The translations under genes and the position numbers were made by a program. From the NCBI GenBank assembly GCA_018302985.1, contig JAGVZA010000001.1:10919-74918 (forward strand): a DNA stretch of 64,000 nt, in the 5' to 3' direction. The stretch comes from Candidatus Woesearchaeota archaeon. Lineage in GTDB: Archaea > Nanobdellota > Nanobdellia > SCGC-AAA011-G17 > UBA489. The notes beneath the pieces were generated by a model. That model was not told the DNA's origin. It worked only from the letters and a program-made list of their open reading frames with translations, and searched no databases. Of the stretch, positions 19,363 to 28,238 are shown piece after piece (the stretch's first letter is position 1; every line of letters begins with the position of its first letter).

Positions 19363-19470
19363 TTATCTTCTACGTCTTTTTGCTGTTGATCGTCTTGCAG
19401 TAGTTCTTCTTTTAGTTGTTCTTCGAGATGAACTTCTTCGTGAAGCTGCTTTACGTTTTTTCGCTGCCAT
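19363..19470 (-). CDS. 35-aa Arg-rich basic peptide with five tandem xRRxx pentapeptide repeats
   Basis: GAGGAGG Shine-Dalgarno motif 8 nt upstream of ATG 19470. Sequence MAAKKRKAASRRSSSRRTTKRRTTARRSTAKRRRR, with 15-nt periodicity in the DNA, followed by the hairpin terminator. Confidence 0.5.
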   Translation of the reverse strand: MAAKKRKAASRRSSSRRTTKRRTTARRSTAKRRRR

Positions 19471-19589
19471 GTTTTTTTCCTCCTCAATATGAATATTGAA
19501 TAGAATTAGTACATCGTTTTGATATTTAAATGTTGCGAAATGCGCAGAAGAACACATTTCAAGAAAAAAATGAAAAAATGTGCAAAAAA

Positions 19590-19910
19590 TTACATCACGC
19601 GCGACATCATGCGATGAGTAAAGAAAAATAAAAGTAAAACACCAAACAAAAGTGCAAATAATAAAAGTGCGGATGACGGAGAACTGCTGGATAATATATC
19701 AACAATTGGTCCGCCAGTAATGTCACTAGTAAAACTAACTGGAGAATATACTCCAAAAAAAACTAATGCAAGAAGTAATGCGACAAAAATACCTAAATAA
19801 GAGCGATCTCTTTTCGTATGGATCGGAACTGCAGTACGAGTGGTGGATTTCTGCATAGAGGATTGCAAATCGTTTAAACTATATATAAGTTGTGTTTCCA
19901 GAGCTGTCAT
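19590..19910 (-). CDS. membrane protein, hypothetical
   Basis: Two TM segments (LGIFVALLLALVFFGVY; LLLFALLFGVLLLFFF). Confidence 0.5.
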   Translation of the reverse strand: MTALETQLIYSLNDLQSSMQKSTTRTAVPIHTKRDRSYLGIFVALLLALVFFGVYSPVSFTSDITGGPIVDILSSSSPSSALLLFALLFGVLLLFFFTHRMMSRVM

Positions 19911-19947
19911 AGTGAACTATTTAAAGGGGATTGATGTAAAGAATATT

Positions 19948-20511
19948 GTGAAAAAGAGTAAAGTGGAAAAAATAGGAAATGGTCTTAAAGAGGCATTTAG
20001 CAGCCAAAAATACGTGTTTTTGAGCTTTGGAATAGCCATAGTTTTCTTCGCCATTAACGTAATATTACCCAATAGCAAAACGCTTCTGGAAATTTTTAAA
20101 GCACAAGGTATTACAGCTTCTAGTCACTTCGCTCTGGTCTTGCTCGAAGGAAGTTTCGGAACTATGACTCTGCTCAGTGCCATACTTTTGATAACTATTG
20201 CATGTTTATTAGGAATAGTCATAAGTCTCATTGTCTATAAAATAAAATCCATCAAGGGATCAGCTATGCAAGGCGGAAAAATAACAACTGTCGGAGCAAT
20301 ATTGGGAGTAGCAGCACCTGGTTGTGCATCTTGTGGTCTCGGAGTGTTGTCTGTCTTCGGTTTAACAAGTTCATTAGCAGTTCTTCCCTTCAAAGGAGCA
20401 GAAATAGGAATTATTAGTATAGTCTTGCTCATGATCGCAGGAGCTTCAGTGGCAACACGCATTGCTGAAGGTGAAAGTTGTAAAATAGAGTTCAAAAAGA
20501 AAAAGAAATGA
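19948..20511 (+). CDS. multi-TM membrane protein with an intramembrane CxxC (GCASCG)
   Basis: The listed N terminus overlaps the divergent gene. GTG 19948 lies about 25 nt after tatttaaagg. The stop overlaps the rhodanese start (ATGA). Confidence 0.5.
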   Translation: MKKSKVEKIGNGLKEAFSSQKYVFLSFGIAIVFFAINVILPNSKTLLEIFKAQGITASSHFALVLLEGSFGTMTLLSAILLITIACLLGIVISLIVYKIKSIKGSAMQGGKITTVGAILGVAAPGCASCGLGVLSVFGLTSSLAVLPFKGAEIGIISIVLLMIAGASVATRIAEGESCKIEFKKKKK

Positions 20512-20798
20512 AAGCTGAGATTTCTCCAAGAGAATTAAGAAAAGAAAAGAAGAAATACAAGCTCATTGATGTTCGTGAAGACTGGGAATATCGAGAAGGA
20601 CACATTGAAGAGGCAGAAAATATTCCTTTTAGCACATTCGAATGGGCTGAACGTGAAGGAAAAATCCCAAAAGACAAACCTCTAGTAGTGTATTGTTTGC
20701 ATGGTATTCGCAGTCATCGTATTCTGAAATTCCTGCAAACTAAAGGATACAAAAAAGCTTGTCATTTGCTAGGTGGTTTTGAGGCATATCAATTATAA
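20508..20798 (+). CDS. single-domain rhodanese sulfurtransferase
   Basis: Active-site loop VYCLHGIRS (CxxGxRS); 96 aa. Confidence 0.85.
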   Translation: MKAEISPRELRKEKKKYKLIDVREDWEYREGHIEEAENIPFSTFEWAEREGKIPKDKPLVVYCLHGIRSHRILKFLQTKGYKKACHLLGGFEAYQL

Positions 20799-20865
20799 TA
20801 ATTACTGGTTTTAGAAAGATTAATATAGAAGTAAGAGGGTAAAAATATTAAAAAGAGGGATAAGA

Positions 20866-21537
20866 ATGAAACTAGCACCATTGGCAATTCTATTGATGGC
20901 TTTAGCGTTAGTTACAGGTTGTAGTAATATATTTGATACCAACACAACATGTATACAATGTAGTGATCTAAAAGACAAAACTAATTGTGTATATAATCGA
21001 TGTGGTTTAAATTGCAATTGGGAAGGTAATAATTGTGTTGACGTTAAAAATATTAAAAATAAAGGAATTTTATCTGGAGAAGTAACTTGGTTTGATGATT
21101 CTAGACCAAACGACCTACCAAAGATAGGTTATATTGATATCTTAGTATTTCCTTTATCTGACCTGAGAGTATTTATAGAAAGTTTGAAAGTAAGAAAAGA
21201 GAGATATAGTGAGTATGTGGAATATACTTATTATAGAGATATTGAGAAAAAAGATATTTTACCAAGTTATAGGTTTGAAAATTCTGACACTTTAGGAAAA
21301 TATCAATTTGAACTTGAGGTGGGTAAATATGTAATCTGCTTCGGAAATAAAGCTCCAACGAAGACAGATTTTAAGACATTTTATCCTGGTTATTGCTATC
21401 AATTTGAGATGGGAAATGAAGGAGCAATTATCGATTTCCGTCTTCCAAAGTTAGTCCCGGGTGCATATTGTAAGAATATAACCTGTAAGGAAATAAAAAT
21501 ACAATATGTAGAGAAAATAGAATATGAAGAGTTCTAG
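20866..21537 (+). CDS. secreted Cys-containing protein with a lipobox-like signal (LVTGC)
   Basis: MKLAPLAILLMALALVTGCSN signal peptide. Confidence 0.55.
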   Translation: MKLAPLAILLMALALVTGCSNIFDTNTTCIQCSDLKDKTNCVYNRCGLNCNWEGNNCVDVKNIKNKGILSGEVTWFDDSRPNDLPKIGYIDILVFPLSDLRVFIESLKVRKERYSEYVEYTYYRDIEKKDILPSYRFENSDTLGKYQFELEVGKYVICFGNKAPTKTDFKTFYPGYCYQFEMGNEGAIIDFRLPKLVPGAYCKNITCKEIKIQYVEKIEYEEF

Positions 21538-21559
21538 CAAAAATTATAGTTTTTAGATT

Positions 21560-23218
21560 TCAACAAAACAATCTATCTAAATCAATCTCAAATCCAACAA
21601 TGGGTAATTGTAATCCCCAGTTCTCTAAGACTTGCGGATGCAGCTCACCACAGAAGCCAACATCTTTGCTGTCAACAACAAGTTTAGCAACTCTGCCTGG
21701 AATAAAAGAAGCATGTTCAGTTTCTTGCCAAACATAATTTAATCCATATCTATCTAACACATACTCAACAACTTGTCGCGCATCTGTAAAGCTTATTTTC
21801 TCATCACATAAAACGCCAGAAAACTTCAGGACATTCTTAGAGCGTACATCTGCTTGTGCATCAGCTTCTACAGCATAATTGACTTCAAACAACTTTTTTG
21901 GATAAGATCTGCTCTTATTATGATACAAGACTTTGAGAAGTTCAGGCAATAACCAGCAGCGAACCATGTTCACGCTTTCATCTGCAGTCTTTCCCAAGGA
22001 GATATGCTCTTGTTGAGGTAATTGCATCTTGGTAAATTGATCTTCTCGAGTAGTTAAAGCAAAAGTAAATGTCTGTAAGAATCCCAAGCCGGTGAGTAGA
22101 TCAGTAATTTGTTCTTCAATCTGAACACGCTTCGTTGTTCCACCAGTGGTAGCGACAGGTTTTTGTGAGAAAGGCAGATTATTAACTCCATACGCGCGTG
22201 CGACATCATCAACAACATCCACAGGATGCCAAATATCACTTCTAAAACTAGGAATGAGTACATGGATATGTTTATCATCAAGCTTCTCAACACCATACTG
22301 CATCTTTTTCAAGAGAGTTTGCAATTGATCATGAGTAAAAGTAATGCCTATAACTTTTTCAAATAAGGATAAAGGTACTGCCATTTTTTCAGCAACTAAA
22401 TGAGGAGTCAATAATTTCTTTGGTCCATATTCTAAAGTAACTGCATGAATACTGCCACCCATATCTGCTAAAAGAGCAACTAAAATATTCAAGATAATAT
22501 TCTGCGCGTGAAAATCATGGCCGCTGCATTCAATAAAGACGTCTTGAGTTTGTGTCGTGACTTTTCCCAGTTGCTGTGCATTAATAATAGGAGGCATAGA
22601 AAGTATTTGTCTTCTAGCATCCATAAAGAAAGGATATTGCTGCATATCTGCAAGTAAATGTTTATAGCTAATGCCAGTAGGATGTTGTTCCAGAATTTCA
22701 TCAGCGCGTAAAGATCTATCAAAGTCCAAGGGAATAAACTGTATTTTTTTAGGATCCTCAGCAAAATAAGCAATAGGCCAAGTTATTTTGTCTAGAGGAT
22801 AAATGCCAATAGCGACTTTTTTTCTCTGTCTGCCAAAGGTAGCATGCAATTTCTCTTGAATGCGAATAATTTCTTTTAAGCTTTCTTCAGTCAACTGCAA
22901 TCCTTTCACAACAGCGGCAACAGTATAAGGACGTACGTGTTTTACATTAGGATTAATAACAACACGATAGTCACTCTTCTTTACAGTATAATTGGGCAAT
23001 CCTGAAGCAAGGCCTAGATAAGATTTCAACAGACGTGCAATACCCGCAGTAGAAACTAAATCTGGTCTGTCAGCGGTAATATCTATCGTCCACACATCAC
23101 CTTCAACATGCTCCAATTCATAACCTAAAGTAAATAATAATGCTTCTAATTCATCATGAGTAATTCTTTTCCCAACAAACTGTTCCAACATCCGATGACT
23201 AATATCGACTTTGACCAT
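21560..23218 (-). CDS. pheT: phenylalanine--tRNA ligase beta subunit (archaeal type)
   Basis: 552 aa with B3/4 and B5 domain patterns. Located immediately downstream of pheS. Confidence 0.9.
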   Translation of the reverse strand: MVKVDISHRMLEQFVGKRITHDELEALLFTLGYELEHVEGDVWTIDITADRPDLVSTAGIARLLKSYLGLASGLPNYTVKKSDYRVVINPNVKHVRPYTVAAVVKGLQLTEESLKEIIRIQEKLHATFGRQRKKVAIGIYPLDKITWPIAYFAEDPKKIQFIPLDFDRSLRADEILEQHPTGISYKHLLADMQQYPFFMDARRQILSMPPIINAQQLGKVTTQTQDVFIECSGHDFHAQNIILNILVALLADMGGSIHAVTLEYGPKKLLTPHLVAEKMAVPLSLFEKVIGITFTHDQLQTLLKKMQYGVEKLDDKHIHVLIPSFRSDIWHPVDVVDDVARAYGVNNLPFSQKPVATTGGTTKRVQIEEQITDLLTGLGFLQTFTFALTTREDQFTKMQLPQQEHISLGKTADESVNMVRCWLLPELLKVLYHNKSRSYPKKLFEVNYAVEADAQADVRSKNVLKFSGVLCDEKISFTDARQVVEYVLDRYGLNYVWQETEHASFIPGRVAKLVVDSKDVGFCGELHPQVLENWGLQLPIVGFEIDLDRLFC

Positions 23219-23224
23219 GATACA

Positions 23225-24733
23225 TCACTTAGGAAGTGGATAGCTCCTCAAAAAATCTAGATCAGTCAAAGTGCCAAAGACTTGACGAATATCTTTCTGT
23301 CCATAAACCATCATGGCTAATCGCTCTAGTCCAAAGCCCCAAGCAATCACAGGTTTAGTAATGCCGAAAGGTTCTAATGCTTCAGGTCTAAAGACTCCAC
23401 AATTAATCAATTCAATCCATTTGCCCAAATGTTCATTATAGCCATAACATTCTAGAGAAGGTTCAGTATAAGGGTTATAAGTAGGTTTGAATTTAATCTT
23501 CGTTACGCCTAGTCGTGCATAGAAAGTTTTAATATATCCCATCAAATCTCTGAGTGTTAATCCATCATCCATGATAAAGCCTTCAACCTGGTGAAATTCA
23601 TTCAAGTGTGTTGCATCTAAAGCCTCATTTCTAAAAATCCTTCCAACGTAGAAATATTTTGCTGGAGATTGAATGTTTTTTTCTCCAAAGTATCTAAAAG
23701 TAGTTGCAGTAGTATGAGTTCGTAACAAAAGTTGTTTTGCGACAGCTGGGTTCCAAGTATATTTGTAACCTTTTGATCCTGTTTGTCCTCCAGTCTCATG
23801 GCTGACTGCAACTTTTTTTGCTAGTGCTTCAGGAAAAGATCCTTGATAAGGTAAATAAAAAGTATCTTGTGTTTCACGTGAGGGATGATCTTGAGGTATC
23901 CACATGCTGTCCATGCACCAGAAAGCGCTTTCCACCCAAGGTCCTTCCATTTCTTGAAAACCCATGTCCATGAAAATACGACGAATCTGTTTGATCAAAA
24001 AAGATAGAGGATGAGCTCTTCCGCCAGTAATCTTAGGGACATTAATTTCAGTATCATATCTGCGAAATGTTCCAGTCTTCCAAACACCAGTTCGTAAAAC
24101 ATCAGGAGTGATAGCATCCACAAAATCTGTAGGCAGTTCAGCAGTGGTTAAGGTTCTTCCCAAGTCAGTTAGAGTAACAGTAAATATTTTTTCTTCTTTA
24201 GTCTGAATAAAATCTCTTCTTTCTTTCAAATCTTGATAAAGTTTAGTTTCTTCTGGAGTCAAAGTTGAAGTATCTTTAGGTAAAGAGCCTAAGAAATGTT
24301 CTTCAGGAAAAGTGGATTGTAAGAGTTGTCTGCCTTTAGGAGTTAAGCTCAGTTCTTGTCCAAAAAGAATTGCCCCTAGTTTTTTTAATCTGCCAACACA
24401 GACATTCAACTCATCGCCATTCAAAGAAGCTTTCTCGCGAACCATATGCAAGGACAAAGGGCCTTCTGCTAGTGCATCCAAAAATCTTCGTTCTGGTAGT
24501 CCTTGGGATAAATAAAAATTGCCATTGCTGCCTAAAGAAACAAGAAATCGTGACGTCTTGTCTAGAGTAAGCACCTGTTTATTGCTAAGCCATTGTAGTG
24601 CTCTTATGATCTCAACATCCTGCATGCCAGTCTTAGTCTTAAGTTCTTCAACAGTTATCCCATCTGCCAAAAAAGGCAAGACTTGTCTCTCTAGAGGATG
24701 TAAAGTTGCAATAAGTTTGTCATGATCACCCAT
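23225..24733 (-). CDS. pheS: phenylalanine--tRNA ligase alpha subunit
   Basis: Class II motifs (FRNEALDATHLNEFHQVEG, GFGLERLAMM). 502 aa with N-terminal wHTH repeats. Confidence 0.93.
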   Translation of the reverse strand: MGDHDKLIATLHPLERQVLPFLADGITVEELKTKTGMQDVEIIRALQWLSNKQVLTLDKTSRFLVSLGSNGNFYLSQGLPERRFLDALAEGPLSLHMVREKASLNGDELNVCVGRLKKLGAILFGQELSLTPKGRQLLQSTFPEEHFLGSLPKDTSTLTPEETKLYQDLKERRDFIQTKEEKIFTVTLTDLGRTLTTAELPTDFVDAITPDVLRTGVWKTGTFRRYDTEINVPKITGGRAHPLSFLIKQIRRIFMDMGFQEMEGPWVESAFWCMDSMWIPQDHPSRETQDTFYLPYQGSFPEALAKKVAVSHETGGQTGSKGYKYTWNPAVAKQLLLRTHTTATTFRYFGEKNIQSPAKYFYVGRIFRNEALDATHLNEFHQVEGFIMDDGLTLRDLMGYIKTFYARLGVTKIKFKPTYNPYTEPSLECYGYNEHLGKWIELINCGVFRPEALEPFGITKPVIAWGFGLERLAMMVYGQKDIRQVFGTLTDLDFLRSYPLPK

Positions 24734-24793
24734 GAAAAGAGTTAAAATGACCTTGTTTAAAAGCTTTGCTTAGGTGATTGAAAAGAAATAAAA

Positions 24794-25288
24794 TTATTCA
24801 ATTCTAGCATTTTTAACTAATCTTTGTAATAAACTATGGTCTTCTGCTGTAGGTATTCGCGCAACATTAAGATCTAAAGAGTAGAAAGAAATGTCTGTCT
24901 CAAAAACAACAGGAACTTGAACGCGTTGCACATTTTTGATTGCGCTTCCAGTTATTTTTTTATCAACACTGGTATGATCTCCATCTAAATCAAGCAATTC
25001 AAACCAGTGTGCATCGTCACCCCTTACCAAAGGCGTAATGCTAACGCCAGTGCGACCATTCTTTAAAGGGTGTCTGGCAATAACATATCTGTCATCAGTA
25101 ACTGCTTTAGGAGTTAAGTCAGAAGGATGTCCTGGAGAATAGAAAGAAGTAAATTGACCTGTGAAATAAGGTTTGTCGCGAATAATAGTCAATGCACTTT
25201 TTGGAGTAGACAAATAAGCCAAGCCAAAAGTAGTACCGACTACAGCTACACTAACACCAACGGGAAGCAAGAGTTCTTTTAATTTCAT
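24794..25288 (-). CDS. membrane-anchored hypothetical protein (paralogue of 25301-25732)
   Basis: N-terminal TM segment. Degenerate Ca-loop-like DLDGDHTSVDKK. The C-terminal TAEDHSLLQRLVKNA aligns with TPEDQDLFTRLVAKA of the neighbouring gene. Confidence 0.55.
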   Translation of the reverse strand: MKLKELLLPVGVSVAVVGTTFGLAYLSTPKSALTIIRDKPYFTGQFTSFYSPGHPSDLTPKAVTDDRYVIARHPLKNGRTGVSITPLVRGDDAHWFELLDLDGDHTSVDKKITGSAIKNVQRVQVPVVFETDISFYSLDLNVARIPTAEDHSLLQRLVKNARIE

Positions 25289-25300
25289 TGTGAGTCTCTC

Positions 25301-25732
25301 CTAGTGTTGATCTCGTGCTTTCGCAACAAGTCTAGTAAAAAGATCTTGATCTTCAGGAGTAATAGGCTCTGCAAATCTCCATACGCCTGGTGGACGAAGT
25401 GAAGCGATAACAAATTCTTTTTTGTCAACAATTCCATCACCACTGTTGTCATACCAACTCATTTGAGCAGGTAGTTGAAAAAGAGATCGAATTGTTGTTG
25501 CATTAGTTAACTCATTTTTGAGAACAACATATTCTTGAGCTCTATAAAGAGGAAGTAAAGGTCCAATAAAATTTTTATCATAGAATTGTGAATTTTCTCT
25601 AGGAATAAATTTATAATCAACAACATGCTGAACAGAAGCAACACGATCGATAAGAACCATACCACCAAGAGGCACCATAGTTGCAGCTAAAGTTCCTAAA
25701 GTCCATCGTCCAATTTTTTGTGCTAAGCTCAT
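25301..25732 (-). CDS. membrane-anchored hypothetical protein with a canonical EF-hand loop
   Basis: Start at ATG 25732 (MSLAQKIGRW..), 1 nt after the upstream stop. DNSGDGIVDKKE fits the 12-residue EF-hand loop (positions 1, 3, 5, 6, 8 and 12). Confidence 0.55.
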   Translation of the reverse strand: MSLAQKIGRWTLGTLAATMVPLGGMVLIDRVASVQHVVDYKFIPRENSQFYDKNFIGPLLPLYRAQEYVVLKNELTNATTIRSLFQLPAQMSWYDNSGDGIVDKKEFVIASLRPPGVWRFAEPITPEDQDLFTRLVAKARDQH

Positions 25733-25733
25733 A

Positions 25734-26081
25734 TTATTTTTTTCCTCCGTTCTGTTCGAACCAAACATAAGCAGCCGCAATTCCCGTCACTGCACCTACG
25801 ACTGCACCAACTCTATAAAAGTAGTCTGCTATAAAATCAGATCTAGAAGTATCATTTTCTGTTGCCCATGACATACCTAAAGAAGTTAATAAGAGACTTA
25901 CACCAACTCCTCCAGGACTACCAGTTGCCCAGTATCCTGCACCAGCGCCAGCAGCAAGAGGAAGAAGACCTTTTGCAAGACCTCCAGTTAAATCTGCTAA
26001 AGTTAAAGGTTTTTCTTTTTCTGGTAGTTTTTTTTCAGCTACTTGTTTTTCAAGTGGACTAGGGTTAGGTGTTTCTGTCAT
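25734..26081 (-). CDS. Gly-rich membrane protein (glycine-zipper-like)
   Basis: GLAKGLLPLAAGAGAGYWATGSPGGVGVSLLL and VGAVVGAVTGIAAAYVW. Confidence 0.5.
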   Translation of the reverse strand: MTETPNPSPLEKQVAEKKLPEKEKPLTLADLTGGLAKGLLPLAAGAGAGYWATGSPGGVGVSLLLTSLGMSWATENDTSRSDFIADYFYRVGAVVGAVTGIAAAYVWFEQNGGKK

Positions 26082-26097
26082 AGAGTTTCACGTAAAA

Positions 26098-26934
26098 TTA
26101 CTTCTTCATAACCTTTGCGGTTTGCAGTTCATTCCAATAGGAATTAAACATATTGCTAAACGCTTTAGTGAAGTAAGGTGTATTAACCCAGACACCAGTG
26201 TCATAGCTTTCATGAACATCAACATCATCAGAGACCATAAACATAACTTCTTGGTCATCAACAATGACAAATCGTCCTTTGAAGCCTTCGAGAGGTTTGA
26301 ATTGCACACAGTCTTTAACTTCATGTAAGACTTTGGAATTACCTTCAGGTAAAGGAGCTGCAATTCTAATTTTAACACCTTGATCAGCTAACTTTTGGAA
26401 TAATCCTTTGTAGCGTTTAATTTTTCTCTGTAATCCAGCAGCACTAGTAACCACAACAACAGATTTCTGTGCTTTGTCTAGCATGCTGCGTAAATGATTG
26501 TAAACAGTGTCTCGTCCTTTGAAAGAGCCTGCTAAAGAGTAAGGATCAACTTTTTGGATGCCTTGTTTGTAGAGGAGTTCAATTTCATGGAAGACTGGAT
26601 CTTGTTTGACATCTTCTAAGAAGCCAACATGACTGTCTGCTTTCACTTGAATGTCATCCTTCATTCTCCTAACAATTTCCTCAGGCTTGACAGCTAGATA
26701 ACGAATAGGTCTGCCTAGCTTCATAATAACGAAACTCTTCTTTTCTAAGCTTTCTAAGACATCATAACTTCTGGATCTAGGAACTTGAGAAATATCACTT
26801 AATTCACCTGCAGTAGCCATGCCTCTAGCCAATAATGCAGTCCAAATTTTCACTTCATAAATATTTAAATCAAATGCTGATCTGAGTTTTTTTAACAAGT
26901 CTTCTTTAACTAACATTGGTGTGCCTTCTATCAC
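26098..26934 (-). CDS. TrmB-like transcriptional regulator (long form)
   Basis: LNIYEVKIWTALLARGMATAGELSDISQVPRSRSYDVLESLEKKSFV wHTH. The start is GTG 26934 or ATG 26916. TTTATAAA at 26968-26975. Confidence 0.8.
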   Translation of the reverse strand: MIEGTPMLVKEDLLKKLRSAFDLNIYEVKIWTALLARGMATAGELSDISQVPRSRSYDVLESLEKKSFVIMKLGRPIRYLAVKPEEIVRRMKDDIQVKADSHVGFLEDVKQDPVFHEIELLYKQGIQKVDPYSLAGSFKGRDTVYNHLRSMLDKAQKSVVVVTSAAGLQRKIKRYKGLFQKLADQGVKIRIAAPLPEGNSKVLHEVKDCVQFKPLEGFKGRFVIVDDQEVMFMVSDDVDVHESYDTGVWVNTPYFTKAFSNMFNSYWNELQTAKVMKK

Positions 26935-27040
26935 CCCTTGTTAATTACTAAAATACGACTAAGTTTATTTATAAAGCTTTCGGTTTGTTGCTACTTCAGA
27001 GTTACTAAGAGAAAGAAGAGAAAGAAGAAAAAGAAAAGAA

Positions 27041-27253
27041 TTAGAAGTCAACGTTTAAGTCGTCTTCCACGCCTTCTAGATCGCTAACATCAATGTCTTC
27101 CTCTAAAGTGTCTAATCCAGTCAAATCTTGTTGTAAGCCTTCAACTGTAGGTGCATCAGTAGACGTTTGCTGTACAACTGGTTCTTGAGGAACTGCACAG
27201 CCAATCACAAAAAAAGCAGTCAAGAAAACAAAAGCTAAAAGTAATTTTTTCAT
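27041..27253 (-). CDS. small acidic secreted protein with a lipobox-like signal (VIGC)
   Basis: MKKLLLAFVFLTAFFVIGCAV signal. Its start overlaps the upstream stop. Confidence 0.5.
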   Translation of the reverse strand: MKKLLLAFVFLTAFFVIGCAVPQEPVVQQTSTDAPTVEGLQQDLTGLDTLEEDIDVSDLEGVEDDLNVDF

Positions 27254-28209
27254 GGGGTAACTCCTGCTACTGGTGCTGGTTCTGTTGTAGTCACTGTAGC
27301 TATTGCATCGCCTTTGCCTGATTGTCTAAAACTCTTGATGGCCTCTTGGAGAAGGTCATGTAATTTCTGTAAAGAATCTTTGACAACATTCTTGTCTTCT
27401 TGTGTTAATGCCGTTCGTACTACAACAATTTGAGCATCTATAGCCTTCAAGGAAGTTTCAATAAGACTTACTTGTTCAGCAGTTGCGTCACTAGCCTTGA
27501 TTCGTGTTAACGCTTGTTGTAAAAGAGTTTGTATTCGTTCAGCTTTCTTGAGCATGGATGCAGCTCGTTGTTGATAAGCATCAGCCTTTTTCTCTTTGAA
27601 GAGTTGTTTATATTTAACCCAGGTTTCTCTTACTTGAGTCATGACCTTTTTCAATTCTTCACGAGTTTTCGCTGCGTCAATTTGTGTCTTTAAGGATTGT
27701 AACTCTGTTAAAGCAGCGTCTATTTTTGTTAGTTGTTCAGTTTGAGTTGCATCAGCAGTGGCTAGTCGAGTTTTCAAAGCAGTAAATGCTTCAATCATGC
27801 GATCAACAGTTTTTGTTAAATGTTCTTTGATTTTTGTAAAGGCTTCTCCGCAATTTCCAGTCATGGGTTGATCTGTAATACATTTAGTATCAGCCCCGCA
27901 TTTAAGGCGGCACTGTATTTTAAGAACATCTGCTGCATCTTTGATCTCATCTTTGCGAGTTTTTGCAGCGTCTAGACGTTCTTGCATTTTTTTGCGAAGT
28001 TCCTGACGTTTTTCTTCTATCTTAGTAAGACGTTCATCTAATTTTGCTTCGCGTTGTACTTGTCTCTCTTGTATGCTTTGTTGTCTTTCTTCCAAAGTAT
28101 TTCGAACACCATATCCCCTACTTTCTTCAGCAAAAGCTATAGACAAAGAACTCAGGAGAAAAAAGGATAAAATAAATATTCCAAAGATTTTTTTCATAAG
28201 ATCACCCAA
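27250..28209 (-). CDS. secreted coiled-coil protein
   Basis: Signal peptide, then long heptad-like E/K/Q/L-rich sequence with one Cys cluster (CRLKCGADTKCITDQPMTGNC). Confidence 0.55.
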   Translation of the reverse strand: MGDLMKKIFGIFILSFFLLSSLSIAFAEESRGYGVRNTLEERQQSIQERQVQREAKLDERLTKIEEKRQELRKKMQERLDAAKTRKDEIKDAADVLKIQCRLKCGADTKCITDQPMTGNCGEAFTKIKEHLTKTVDRMIEAFTALKTRLATADATQTEQLTKIDAALTELQSLKTQIDAAKTREELKKVMTQVRETWVKYKQLFKEKKADAYQQRAASMLKKAERIQTLLQQALTRIKASDATAEQVSLIETSLKAIDAQIVVVRTALTQEDKNVVKDSLQKLHDLLQEAIKSFRQSGKGDAIATVTTTEPAPVAGVTP

Positions 28210-28238
28210 AAAAAGAAGGAGAAACTGCTATTTAAAGA

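Noticed and set aside
19206-19487. 93-aa ORF overlapping the 3' end of the CBS gene, and the 64-aa version of the basic peptide ORF
   Set aside because: The 93-aa frame would start at a TTG inside the Shine-Dalgarno sequence and run antisense into the CBS gene through the terminator hairpin. The ATG at 19470 with GGAGG-N8 spacing is the better-supported start. The call remains uncertain.
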